Positions 12,400-20,858 of a stretch of 64,000 nt of DNA are shown one piece after another. A program made the translations under genes and the position numbers. Position 1 is the first letter of the stretch. Each line of letters starts with the position of its first letter. The DNA is from Anaerolineae bacterium (lineage in GTDB: Bacteria > Chloroflexota > Anaerolineae > UBA1429): the NCBI GenBank assembly GCA_040768165.1, contig JAXGNH010000005.1:30057-94056 (forward strand), written 5' to 3'. The notes beneath the pieces are model-generated. The model was not told the DNA's origin and made no database searches. It saw only the letters and a list, made by a program, of their open reading frames with translations.

Positions 12400-13188
12400 C
12401 TAGGCCTTTTCGACGCGCTCCCGCAGGGCCTTGCCCTGGGTCTGGAAGTAGTTGCGCAGCACGGCCATGTCGTGGCCGATGCGGAAATGCCGGATGCCCA
12501 TCTCGAGATAGTAGTCCAGGTTGTCGAGGTTCTGCAGCTCCACGCGCGGCGGGACACCCTTGGCCAAGCACATCTCGAGCACCTTGCGCTCCACCTTCTT
12601 GACCTCTACCTGGGCGTTGCGCTGGGTGTACAGCCCGCTGCTCATGGTATAGTCGGTCGGGCCCCACTGGATCATGTCCACGCCGGGCACCGCCAGCACG
12701 TCCTCGAGCTGGTCCACCAGCACCTGCTTCTCCGCCATGATGGCCACCACCACGTCGCGCAGCGCCTGGGACATCTCGCCGATGGCGCCGCCGGTGTAGG
12801 CGAAACGGCGTCCGGCGGCCCCAAAGATGCCGCCGTCGGTGGGCGTGTCGGGCCGGCAGATGCGCACGCACTCTTGTACCTCGTCGACGGTGCGGCAGTC
12901 GACGAACAGCACGCTCTGGAACCCCGAGCCGATGGCGCGCTGCGCCATAAACACGCGCGGGTCCTGGTCGAGCTTGATCATCGTCCCCAGGCCGTACAGC
13001 TCGGCCGCCCGGCAATAGTTGTCCAGGTCGGGCAGGGTAAAGGTGCCGTACTCGGCGGCATACTCCACATAGTCATAGATGCCCAGGCTGCCGATGAGTT
13101 CGACGATGTCGGGCCAGACGACGGCGGTGCGGGCGCAGATGGTCGGCTTGCCCTCGCGCAGCAGCTTGCGGATGGTGTTCTCGCGCAT
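12400..13188 (-). CDS. HpcH/HpaI aldolase family protein
   Basis: Start MRENTIRKLLREGK (ATG 13188, GGGAG RBS); VPGVDMIQWGPTDY, IMAE. The longer ORF-track N-terminus is translated repeat DNA. Confidence 0.85.
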   Translation of the reverse strand: MRENTIRKLLREGKPTICARTAVVWPDIVELIGSLGIYDYVEYAAEYGTFTLPDLDNYCRAAELYGLGTMIKLDQDPRVFMAQRAIGSGFQSVLFVDCRTVDEVQECVRICRPDTPTDGGIFGAAGRRFAYTGGAIGEMSQALRDVVVAIMAEKQVLVDQLEDVLAVPGVDMIQWGPTDYTMSSGLYTQRNAQVEVKKVERKVLEMCLAKGVPPRVELQNLDNLDYYLEMGIRHFRIGHDMAVLRNYFQTQGKALRERVEKA

Positions 13189-13303
13189 GACATACTCCCT
13201 TCCGATGGTTGATGATAACGCTGTATGATCGGCGTACCGCTCGGCGAGCGACATTATCCACGAACTCGGCGCGGTTTGCCAGGCGTCCCGCGGCGGACAC
13301 GCT

Positions 13304-13718
13304 GTAGGGGGCGACCGGTCGCCCAGGCACGGATAGATCGCCGGCCCGGCGCCGCCCTCACCACCGTAGGGGCGACCGGTCGCCCCTACAGCCGTCGCGC
13401 GGTATCCGCCGCACAATGCCCCGCCGCCTCTCAACCCCCAATGCGCCCGGATGTCCGCCGGCCCGGCGCCCGGATCCGCCGCCCTCGCCACTCGCCACCG
13501 GTTGGGCGACCGGCCGGTCGCCCCTACAGCCGTCGCGCGGTATCCGCCACACAATGCCCCGCCGCCTCTCAACCCCCGGTGCGCCGAGATAGACCGCCGG
13601 CCTGGCGCCCCGCCCTCGCCACCGTTGGGCGACCGGCCGGTCGCCCCTACAGCCGTCGCGCGGTATCCGCCGCAATGCCCCGCCGCCTCACAACCCCCAA
13701 TGCGCCCGGATGTCCGCC
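13304..13718. repeat. Tandem array of ~123-138-bp units, each a GTAG-REP family 2 palindrome (GTAGGGGCGACCGG(CCGG)TCGCCCCTAC) plus flanking DNA
   Basis: REPs at 13304, 13366-13389, 13501-13527 and 13624-13650; the last three are followed by AGCCGTCGCGCGGTATCCGCC... Confidence 0.9.
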
Positions 13719-14941
13719 TCGTACTCCCAGGTCTGCTCCGTCTCGATCTCGTCCACCGTCACGGGACGATGGAGCAGCGCCGACTCGAGCGCGGCGTGGC
13801 AGACGGCCAGGTTCTTGCGGCTGGTGAAGGCATCCACCTCGGGCCGGCGCCCCGTCGCGATGCACTCGCCCAACTCATGGTACTCGACCGCCACGAGCTT
13901 GCGGTCCGCCTCGGCAAAGGAAAAGGGGTACGACGCCAGCCGGTCGGCGCCAAAGACGGCCACCGTGATGGCATCCAGGTGGAAATCGGGCACCAGGTCG
14001 AGGATGCGGTCGGTGGGGACCTCGCCCTCGTCGTCCAGGTTGAGCACCAGGGGCCGGCCGTTGCGGGCGCCGGCGGTGCGCAGCGACCCCCTGCCGCCAT
14101 AGACCACCGTGTGGTGGAACGCCTCGCCGTGAGCCGCCTGGAACGATGTCCACTGCCCCATGACGCCGCTCTCGAAACTCAGCTGCGCCACGACGGTATC
14201 CTCGGCGGTGGCCTCTACCTGGTCGGGCATGGCCGCGTACCAGTGGTCATAGAACTCGGACGTGGCGGTGCGCTGCGGCGACTTTATCCGTACCGGCTCC
14301 ATCACCCGCGCCTGGGCATAGACCTCGCGCACCGGGCCCAGGTAGTACTGCATGAGGTCGGTGGTGTGCACGCCGGCGTCCACAAAGATTCCGCCAACGC
14401 GCTTGTCGTGGCGCCAGGGAAAGATGAGGATGCGGTCGCCGCCGCTGGCGCCGACATCGATGTACATGCGGGGCTCGCCGATGGTGCCGGCCTCGATGAG
14501 CGCCCGCATGAGACGGCAGATGGGGTCGCGCCGGAACTGCTCCGCCACGCTCAAGACGCGGTCGCTCCCCTGGTGCTGTGCCATGATGAGGTTGCAGCCG
14601 CGGATGGTCGAGGCGAGGGGCTTTTCGCACAGCACGTGCAGCCCCAGGTCCAGCGCGGCGCTTACCACGATGTGGTGCGACCCCGAATCAGTGGTGACGT
14701 CCACCGCCTGGAGGTCGGGGAGGGCGCTCGCCATCGCCTCGATGTCGGTGTAGACCCGCGGGCGGTCGCCCAGCAGCGTCTCGGCGGTATCGGCCAGGTG
14801 CTCGGCGTTCTCGCGCTTCAGGTCACAGGCGGCCACGAGTTCGACGTTGGCCATGCCTGAATCGTACAACTCCTTCATGCCCCGCAGGTGCCGGCCGCCC
14901 ATGCCGCCGCAGCCGACGATGGCGATGGGAATGCGCTCCAT
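13688..14941 (-). CDS. Gfo/Idh/MocA family oxidoreductase
   Basis: GCGGMG, HVLCEKPL, DAGVH. Confidence 0.92.
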   Translation of the reverse strand: MERIPIAIVGCGGMGGRHLRGMKELYDSGMANVELVAACDLKRENAEHLADTAETLLGDRPRVYTDIEAMASALPDLQAVDVTTDSGSHHIVVSAALDLGLHVLCEKPLASTIRGCNLIMAQHQGSDRVLSVAEQFRRDPICRLMRALIEAGTIGEPRMYIDVGASGGDRILIFPWRHDKRVGGIFVDAGVHTTDLMQYYLGPVREVYAQARVMEPVRIKSPQRTATSEFYDHWYAAMPDQVEATAEDTVVAQLSFESGVMGQWTSFQAAHGEAFHHTVVYGGRGSLRTAGARNGRPLVLNLDDEGEVPTDRILDLVPDFHLDAITVAVFGADRLASYPFSFAEADRKLVAVEYHELGECIATGRRPEVDAFTSRKNLAVCHAALESALLHRPVTVDEIETEQTWEYEADIRAHWGL

Positions 14942-15121
14942 GTGTGGCTCCTTTGTCTACGGATGGAGATGCGTGGCGGGAGATTAGCACGTGCGGCGGT
15001 GGGGGGCAACCGGGCAACGCTCACAACTGTGCCATAGTCCACCTATGCCATGGGCGTCTGGAACCCACAACACACAGCCGCGAGCTCTGCCCGTGGCGGC
15101 ACGCCTGGCGTTCTGCCCCGG

Positions 15122-15151
15122 TTGACACCACCCCCCCACCTCGCCTATCCT
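15122..15151 (+). promoter_or_regulatory. Putative sigma70 promoter
   Basis: TTGACA-18 bp-TATCCT upstream of the AGGAG RBS of the dehydrogenase at 15185. Confidence 0.45.
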
Positions 15152-15184
15152 CCCCCCCGCAAGCACACCCCCAGGAGAACGCCC

Positions 15185-16213
15185 ATGGCCAAGAGACTCG
15201 TCTGCGTCGCCAAGGAGACGCTAGAGTGGCGCTCCTTCAGCCCCGAGCCGCCCGGGCCGCGGCAGGTGCGCATCCGCGCCGAGTTCGCCGCCGCCAAACA
15301 CGGCACCGAGATGGCTTTCTACAAGGGCTATGCCATGCCCCGCGGCGCCTTTGACGCCGAGTACCAGCTCTTTCGCCCCGTCGCGCCCGACACTGCGCGC
15401 TACCCCGTGGGCGTGGGCAACATGGTGGTGGGCGTCGTGGAGGAGGCGGGCGCCGAGGTAACCTCGCTGGCCGCCGGTGACCGCGTCTGCGCCCACAGTA
15501 GTTTCGCCGACGTGGTGGTGACCGCCGCCGAGCGCTGCTGGAAGATGCCCGCCGGCATGGACTGGCGCACCGCCGTCTGCCTCGATCCCGCCGAGTTCGC
15601 CTTCAACGCCGTGCGCGACGGCCACGTGCGCATCGGCGATGCCGTGGCCGTGTTCGGGCTGGGCGCCATCGGGCTGATGGCGGTGCAGCTGGCGCGGCTG
15701 GCCGGGGCGTCGCCGGTGGTGGCGATCGACCCGCTGGCCGAGCGCCGCGAGGTCGCCGCCGCCCTGGGCGCCGACCTGACCCTGGACCCCACCGCCGTCG
15801 ACGCCGGCCTGGAGATCAAGCGCGCCACCGCCAAGCGGGGTGCCGACGTGGCCATCGAGTACAGCGGGTCGATGCACGCCATGCAGGCCGCGCTGCGCGG
15901 CGTAGCCTATGGCGGCACGGTGGTGGCGGGCGCCTTCCCCCCACCCTACGGCGCCGGCCTCGACCTAGGCGCCGAGGCGCACCTCAACCTGCCCAAGATC
16001 GTCTTTACCCGCGCCTGCAGCCAGCCCGACCGCGACCATCCCCGCTGGGACGAGCCGCGCATCTTTCAGACGTGCTGGCGCTGGCTCTACGAGGGGCGCC
16101 TGACGGGCGAGCCGATCGTCGCGCCGGTAGTGGCGTTCGACGACCTGGCGGACGAGTACCCCAAGATCGCCCAGCACCCGGAGGGGTACATCAAGCTCGG
16201 GGCCAGGGTGTAA
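15185..16213 (+). CDS. Zinc-binding alcohol dehydrogenase-like protein (YcjQ-like sugar dehydrogenase)
   Basis: Start MAKRLVC with AGGAG RBS; KHGTE, GNMVVG, GLGAIG, DHPRW, IKLG. Confidence 0.85.
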   Translation: MAKRLVCVAKETLEWRSFSPEPPGPRQVRIRAEFAAAKHGTEMAFYKGYAMPRGAFDAEYQLFRPVAPDTARYPVGVGNMVVGVVEEAGAEVTSLAAGDRVCAHSSFADVVVTAAERCWKMPAGMDWRTAVCLDPAEFAFNAVRDGHVRIGDAVAVFGLGAIGLMAVQLARLAGASPVVAIDPLAERREVAAALGADLTLDPTAVDAGLEIKRATAKRGADVAIEYSGSMHAMQAALRGVAYGGTVVAGAFPPPYGAGLDLGAEAHLNLPKIVFTRACSQPDRDHPRWDEPRIFQTCWRWLYEGRLTGEPIVAPVVAFDDLADEYPKIAQHPEGYIKLGARV

Positions 16214-16242
16214 GGGGCGCCCCTCACAAAGGGCGTGGCGGA

Positions 16243-16419
16243 GTTACAGGTATCAAGTTACAGGGGGGAGGGGTTGCGAGTTTCGGGTTACGGGTTCCGG
16301 GCGGTTCAGCCCGCCCGGCGTTGAACCGCCGGGCTATCCCAGACGTGCCCCCTTCCGGGGCGCCATCAGCCCCGCAGGGGCTTCCATCTCTCGTAGCCGC
16401 AGGGCTTTAGCCCGCGGCG
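16243..16419. repeat. Heptamer repeats (GGTTNCG/GTTACAG) followed by a REPIN-like multi-hairpin element (16311-16419)
   Basis: Terminal bulged hairpins CCCGGCGTTGAACCGCCGGGCTAT and GTAGCCGCAGGGCTTTAGCCCGCGGC; internal hairpins GCCCCTTCCGGGGC and AGCCCCGCAGGGGCT. Confidence 0.7.
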
Positions 16420-16485
16420 CGCCGCGGCGCCGCGTCCACGCCGGGCCGCGCCCGCCGCCCGGCCCACCATCATGCGGAGGTTGCC

Positions 16486-17265
16486 ATGCCCATCAAGCAG
16501 TGTGTCATCATGCCCATCTTTTACCGGCCCGAATCCACCACCTTGGACGCCTTTTGCCGCGAGGTGGCCGCTATCGGCTTCAAGGCGGTCGAGTTCTTTG
16601 ACCCGGGCGATCAGCTGCCCGCTATCGCCGAGGCGGCCGGCAAACACGGCCTGGCGCTGGCCAGCATGTCGGGCCACGCCAGCCTCACCGACGGCCTGAA
16701 CAAGGTCGCCAACCACGACCGCATCGTCGCCGAGCTGCGCGCGCGCATCGACCTGGCGGCCCAGTACGGCGTTGGCGGGCTGATCTGCTTCAGCGGCAAC
16801 CGCAACCCCGGCCAGAGCGACCTGGAGGGGATGATCGCTTGCGCCCAGGGGCTGCGCCGCATCGTGCCCTATGCCGAGGATAAGGGGGTGAACCTCAACA
16901 TGGAGCTACTCAACTCCAAGGTCAACCACCCCGGCTACCAGTGCGACCGCTCCGACTGGGGCGCGGCGCTGTGCGAGATGGTCAACAGCCCCCGCTTCAA
17001 GCTGCTGTTCGACATCTATCACATGCAGATCATGGAGGGGGACGTCATCCGCAACATCAAGAAGTACCTGCCCTACATCGGCCATTTCCACACCGCCGGC
17101 AATCCCGGCCGCCAGGACATGGACGACACGCAGGAGTTGAACTATCGCGGCATCTGTCGCGCCATCGCGGAATCGGGGTACGACCTGTACATGGGGCACG
17201 AGTTCACGCCCAAGGGGGACCGCATGGCGGCGCTGCGGGCGGCATACGAGACGTGTAACGTCTAG
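16486..17265 (+). CDS. Hydroxypyruvate isomerase family / xylose-isomerase-like TIM barrel protein
   Basis: ELLNSKVNHPGYQCD, LLFDIYHMQIMEGD, HFHTAGNPGR, ELNY, GHEF; GGAGG RBS. Confidence 0.9.
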   Translation: MPIKQCVIMPIFYRPESTTLDAFCREVAAIGFKAVEFFDPGDQLPAIAEAAGKHGLALASMSGHASLTDGLNKVANHDRIVAELRARIDLAAQYGVGGLICFSGNRNPGQSDLEGMIACAQGLRRIVPYAEDKGVNLNMELLNSKVNHPGYQCDRSDWGAALCEMVNSPRFKLLFDIYHMQIMEGDVIRNIKKYLPYIGHFHTAGNPGRQDMDDTQELNYRGICRAIAESGYDLYMGHEFTPKGDRMAALRAAYETCNV

Positions 17266-17326
17266 GCGGTGGGACCGTGCCGCGAGGAAAAGGCGGCCAA
17301 GGTCTCGAGGTCACGTGCGCGAACAC

Positions 17327-17366
17327 AGGGCGGGTGCGACCGGACCAACCCGGTGGCACCCGCCCT
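17327..17366. terminator. GC-rich hairpin between convergent genes
   Basis: AGGGCGGGTGC...GCACCCGCCCT stem; weak U-tract. Confidence 0.45.
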
Positions 17367-17445
17367 TGCTGTCAGCGCTCGTTGAGAGACGAGGAGGCGC
17401 CCTTACCTGGCGCCCAGCCTGCAGGTATGACGGGAGGGAGAGGCT

Positions 17446-17940
17446 CTACCACTCCCCCGCATACTTGGTCGAGTAGGGGGTCGCAACGTGCTCGTGCCAG
17501 GCATGCAGCAGCTCGACCATCTGGCGCAGGTGCAGGTTGTCGTGCTCGACCCACGAGACGAGCATATCGCCCGCGCTGAAGGTGAACCTCTCGTTCGGGC
17601 CGAACTGCAGCTCGATGGTCACGCCCCAGTCAGGCGACTCCAGCGCCCGCAGCCACGCCATGGACGCTGCCCGTTCGAGGAGAAAGCCATCGAGCGCCTC
17701 ACGGGCGCTCTTCAGCTCGATATGCTGACGCGACTCGGGCGACTCTCCGAACATCGTCTTGAGGTGGCGCCGAAAGTCGAACCGCTCCTCGTTGTACAGG
17801 TGCTCCGCGACATCCTTCATGGACCAGATATCCGCGGCAGGACTCCAGTTCGCCGCCTCTTCGGGGAGGGCTCCTGCCAGGACACGGATGGCCTCGGCGT
17901 TACGGCTCAGCTGTCGGACGGCCTGTGTCACGTCGATCAT
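17446..17940 (-). CDS. DinB family protein
   Basis: WSMKDVAEHL and HDNLHLRQ metal-binding His motifs; GAGGGGG RBS before ATG 17940. Confidence 0.85.
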   Translation of the reverse strand: MIDVTQAVRQLSRNAEAIRVLAGALPEEAANWSPAADIWSMKDVAEHLYNEERFDFRRHLKTMFGESPESRQHIELKSAREALDGFLLERAASMAWLRALESPDWGVTIELQFGPNERFTFSAGDMLVSWVEHDNLHLRQMVELLHAWHEHVATPYSTKYAGEW

Positions 17941-17979
17941 GGCTGCCCCCTCGTTGCGCATGATGCGGATCGGTCCTTC

Positions 17980-18258
17980 TTAGCGCCGCCAACGGTTGCG
18001 GTTGCCGTAGGCGCCGCCGCCGTACGCGCCCAGGTCCACCAGGAACGCGACGATGAGCAGCGCCCATTCCAGCCCGCCGATCCCGCCCGGCGCGGCGACG
18101 ATGTACATGAGGGTGGTCCACGGCAGCAGCAGGAACCCCAGCACCGGCACGAGGAGATTGTCAAAGACCCGGGCAAAGAGCCCCGGACTCAGCAGATACC
18201 AGATGACCAGCGCGAGTCGCGGCCCAAAGAGGAGCACGGCAGAGATCACACAGCACAT
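17980..18258 (-). CDS. Small membrane protein (92 aa, about 3 TM), hypothetical
   Basis: GAGG RBS; hydrophobic segments with PR and FLLLPWTTL motifs; basic Gly-rich tail. Confidence 0.75.
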   Translation of the reverse strand: MCCVISAVLLFGPRLALVIWYLLSPGLFARVFDNLLVPVLGFLLLPWTTLMYIVAAPGGIGGLEWALLIVAFLVDLGAYGGGAYGNRNRWRR

Positions 18259-18345
18259 GGTTTCCTACCTCACTCTATGTCTGGCAAGGCTCCCCGGGCG
18301 AGCCGGCGGCCGGCGCGGGCTCTCGGAACTCCAGGGGCAGGAACC

Positions 18346-18374
18346 ATTCTGCACGAAATGGGTAGAGAACTCAA
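18346..18374 (-). promoter_or_regulatory. Possible sigma70 promoter
   Basis: TTGAGT-17 bp-CAGAAT on the minus strand. Confidence 0.35.
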
Positions 18375-18390
18375 GGGTTTGCGCGCGAGG

Positions 18391-18604
18391 GGGTCTGCCC
18401 AGAATTCTAGGCGTTCAGCCGGGCGAGCACGCTGCTGACCGAGGTCAGGCGCTAACATCGCCAGGCCCGCCTTCGCGGGCTGAACAGAAGTCCACGCAGG
18501 TGGGCTTGGCGCCCAAGGCTTCGCCTTGGGACGGTTAGCGCCGGGCTTCAACCCGCGGCGGACGCTCGGTGGCGCGCCGTTCTCCCAGAATTCTGGACAC
18601 ACCC
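18391..18604. mobile_element. MITE, 214 bp, with 21-bp imperfect TIRs and 9-bp target-site duplication
   Basis: Left TIR GGGTCTGCCCAGAATTCTAGG vs reverse complement of the right end GGGTGTGTCCAGAATTCTGGG (18/21); CGCGCGAGG at both 18382-18390 and 18605-18613. Confidence 0.8.
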
Positions 18605-18650
18605 CGCGCGAGGGGGGGGGGCGGTCCCGATCCCTTGAGCCGGCGAACGT

Positions 18651-18797
18651 CGAGCCGTGAGCGCCGAGCCGTGAGCGCCGAGCCGTAAACGGCCCGTCTG
18701 AGCCCTCCAAGCCCGCCGAGGCGGGCTGACCTCCTTGTGCAGGAGCGCGCCTCGGCGCGCTTGCCTGACCCAGCCGCCGGCCTTGGCCGCGGGTGGG
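18651..18797. repeat. Inverted copy of the 6969-7097 element preceded by a 14-bp tandem repeat
   Basis: Direct alignment with 6969-7097; CGAGCCGTGAGCGC repeated. Confidence 0.8.
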
Positions 18798-18808
18798 CTC
18801 AGCGGGCG

Positions 18809-20155
18809 CTAGGTCCGCGGGGCGCCCTTGGTGCGGCCCATCCAGGAGAGGTCCTCGAGGTCGCCAAAGTGACCGCGAAAGATGCGGTAGTACATGAGTT
18901 CCTCTTTGGTGTTCAGCTCCCAGCCGCAGGGGAGCCCGCGCTCCGCGGCGAACGCCTCGTCCGTGATAGTGGATTCGGCGTGCTGGGCGAGGAGGTCGCC
19001 GACGCCGGCGCCCTCCCAGAACTTGCTCTTTTCGCGGTGCAGCACGCCCTCCGGCATCTGGCCCGCCATCGCCTCGCGCAGGATCCACTTTTCCACGCCG
19101 TCACGCAGCTTGAGCGTGATGGGGATGCGCAGCGCATAGTCGAGCACGTCGGCATTGAGGAAGGCGGTATGCGCTACGAGCCCATGGGCGGCTGCGCTGC
19201 GGTCCACCCGCTGCAGCGCCGTATTGTGCAGCCGACGGGTGATGTCCAGCAGCTCGCCGGGCAGCTGCTTCTGAGGCATGTCGCGCAGGTAGGCATAGCC
19301 GGCGAACAGCTCATCGCCGCCCTCGCCCGAAAAGACGCTCCCCACGTGCTCCGCCGCCAGCCCCGCCACGAGATAGTTCGTCACACTGGAGCGCACTAGC
19401 AACGCGTCGAACGACTCCAGGTGATAGATCACCTCGGGCAACACCCTCAGCAGGTCGTCGATAGTCACCAGCAGTTCGTGGTGCCGCGCGCCGGCATAGG
19501 CGGCCATCTCGCGCGCGTAGGCGAGGTCAGGGGAGCCGTCCAGGCCGACCGCAAAGGTGTGCAGTTCGCGAGCATGGCGGCTGGCCAGGGCGACCAGGGC
19601 GCTCGAGTCCAGTCCGCCCGAGAGCCACGAGCCGGCCACGCCATCGGCGGGAATGCACGCGGACACACCGGCATCCAGACGTCGGTGCAGTTCGGCGGCG
19701 ATCTCGGCCGCGCCCGCCTCTAGAGCGGGCTGCGCATCGAGCTGAAAGTAGGGTTCCAGGCGCTCACCGTCGTAGCGGTGCCCGGGAGAGAGTTCTTGTA
19801 CCATCTCGACGACGCCCAGGAGCGCCTTGACCTCGGAGGAGAAGCACAGCGTGCCGTCCTCCATGTGGCCGTAGTAGAGGGGCGCGATCCCCACGGGATC
19901 GCGCGTCAACATGACGCGGCCGTCCTCGAGGGTGGCCTGCGCCAGGTGGCCGTCGGCGCCGGCGTCCTGCACCGTCATGTCGTGCGCGTTCACAGGGGTG
20001 TCATCGGCCTGCGCGTCGGTCCACACCGCGCCCAACGTGCCGCCGATGCCCTCGATGATCTCTTGTCCGGCCGGCCCACGGTGCGCCAGCCGACCCAACA
20101 TGCCGCGGACCAGTGCGCGATCCGTCTTGCCAGCGATTCCTGCAATGCCTGCCAT
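18809..20155 (-). CDS. Asparagine synthetase-related ATP-dependent amide ligase with degenerate glutaminase domain
   Basis: LSGGLDSS, SGEGGDELFAGY, RDPVGIAPLYY, KWILR; N-terminus MAGIAG (no Cys2); GGAAGGAGG RBS. Confidence 0.88.
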   Translation of the reverse strand: MAGIAGIAGKTDRALVRGMLGRLAHRGPAGQEIIEGIGGTLGAVWTDAQADDTPVNAHDMTVQDAGADGHLAQATLEDGRVMLTRDPVGIAPLYYGHMEDGTLCFSSEVKALLGVVEMVQELSPGHRYDGERLEPYFQLDAQPALEAGAAEIAAELHRRLDAGVSACIPADGVAGSWLSGGLDSSALVALASRHARELHTFAVGLDGSPDLAYAREMAAYAGARHHELLVTIDDLLRVLPEVIYHLESFDALLVRSSVTNYLVAGLAAEHVGSVFSGEGGDELFAGYAYLRDMPQKQLPGELLDITRRLHNTALQRVDRSAAAHGLVAHTAFLNADVLDYALRIPITLKLRDGVEKWILREAMAGQMPEGVLHREKSKFWEGAGVGDLLAQHAESTITDEAFAAERGLPCGWELNTKEELMYYRIFRGHFGDLEDLSWMGRTKGAPRT

Positions 20156-20175
20156 GGGGTGTATGGCCTCCTTCC

Positions 20176-20657
20176 GGTGTAGCGCGCGAGCGCGGGTGCC
20201 GAGTCATGCCGCTCGCGCGCATGCCTGTGCCTGCGCGGGCCGAGGCGACGCCGTCGCGCGACACGACGTGATGCGCCCAGGCGGACACACCAGACGGACG
20301 TCACACCGCTGGTTCACACGGAGCGCATTTGCTCACACCATGGGATGCCGCCCCCCGGCGGCTTTGCCGGGTGGGCCGTTGCGGGAACCGATGCCGAGGA
20401 TCGAAACCCTTCGACGGGCGGGGTGGACCGACGCGCCCCTCGCACCCTCTGGGGATGGGTGGCGGCTTGCGCCGGCCACTCTGGGGTGCGCGCGTTCGGG
20501 GACTGCGCCGGTCGAGACGCGACAACTGGATCGACTCTATCTTGGCCTGCGCCGATAAAGCGCCATCCGACGAGGCCCCAACCTGTGGAGTCTCATCCGA
20601 TTGCGGGTCGTTTGATTGCGGCAGCAGCGCCGACTTTTTGTTGCGATTCGACTACCA
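20176..20657 (-). ncRNA. Candidate structured 5' leader / cis-regulatory RNA (unassigned)
   Basis: About 500 nt between promoter and RBS; several stems with G-U pairs and a GCAA tetraloop on the minus strand; no convincing ORF. Confidence 0.4.
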
Positions 20658-20663
20658 GATACT

Positions 20664-20692
20664 ATCATACAGTAGATCGCCATGGAGGGCAA
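20664..20692 (-). promoter_or_regulatory. Putative sigma70 promoter driving the leader and AsnB-like gene
   Basis: TTGCCC-17 bp-TATGAT. Confidence 0.55.
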
Positions 20693-20742
20693 GCGCCCCG
20701 TCGGGGTCCGGGGTACCGCGCCGGCAGCTCTCGGCGCATTTC

Positions 20743-20771
20743 TTGACATGCGGCCCCGTTCCCTTTATGGT
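20743..20771 (+). promoter_or_regulatory. Putative sigma70 promoter of the histidine kinase
   Basis: TTGACA-17 bp-TATGGT. Confidence 0.6.
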
Positions 20772-20858
20772 GAACTACTTCCGCCAGCACCGCCCGTCCG
20801 ACTGTGCATCACGCTGGCGCCGTCTACCGTAATTGATCATGCTCGACAGGAGACCTCA

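Noticed and set aside
13189-13572. 128-aa N-terminal extension of the aldolase
   Set aside because: Translated REP array; the RBS and family start are at 13188
20340-20460. SAM-I riboswitch or SRP RNA
   Set aside because: Only fragments resemble them (CCCGGCAA, ATCCCCAGAG, CCCGCAACGG); core order and spacing are wrong and CAGGTCCGGAAGGAAGCAGC is absent
18809-20657. Lasso-peptide (RiPP) cluster around the AsnB-like gene
   Set aside because: No B1/B2 peptidase or RRE genes and no precursor-like ORF with an RBS
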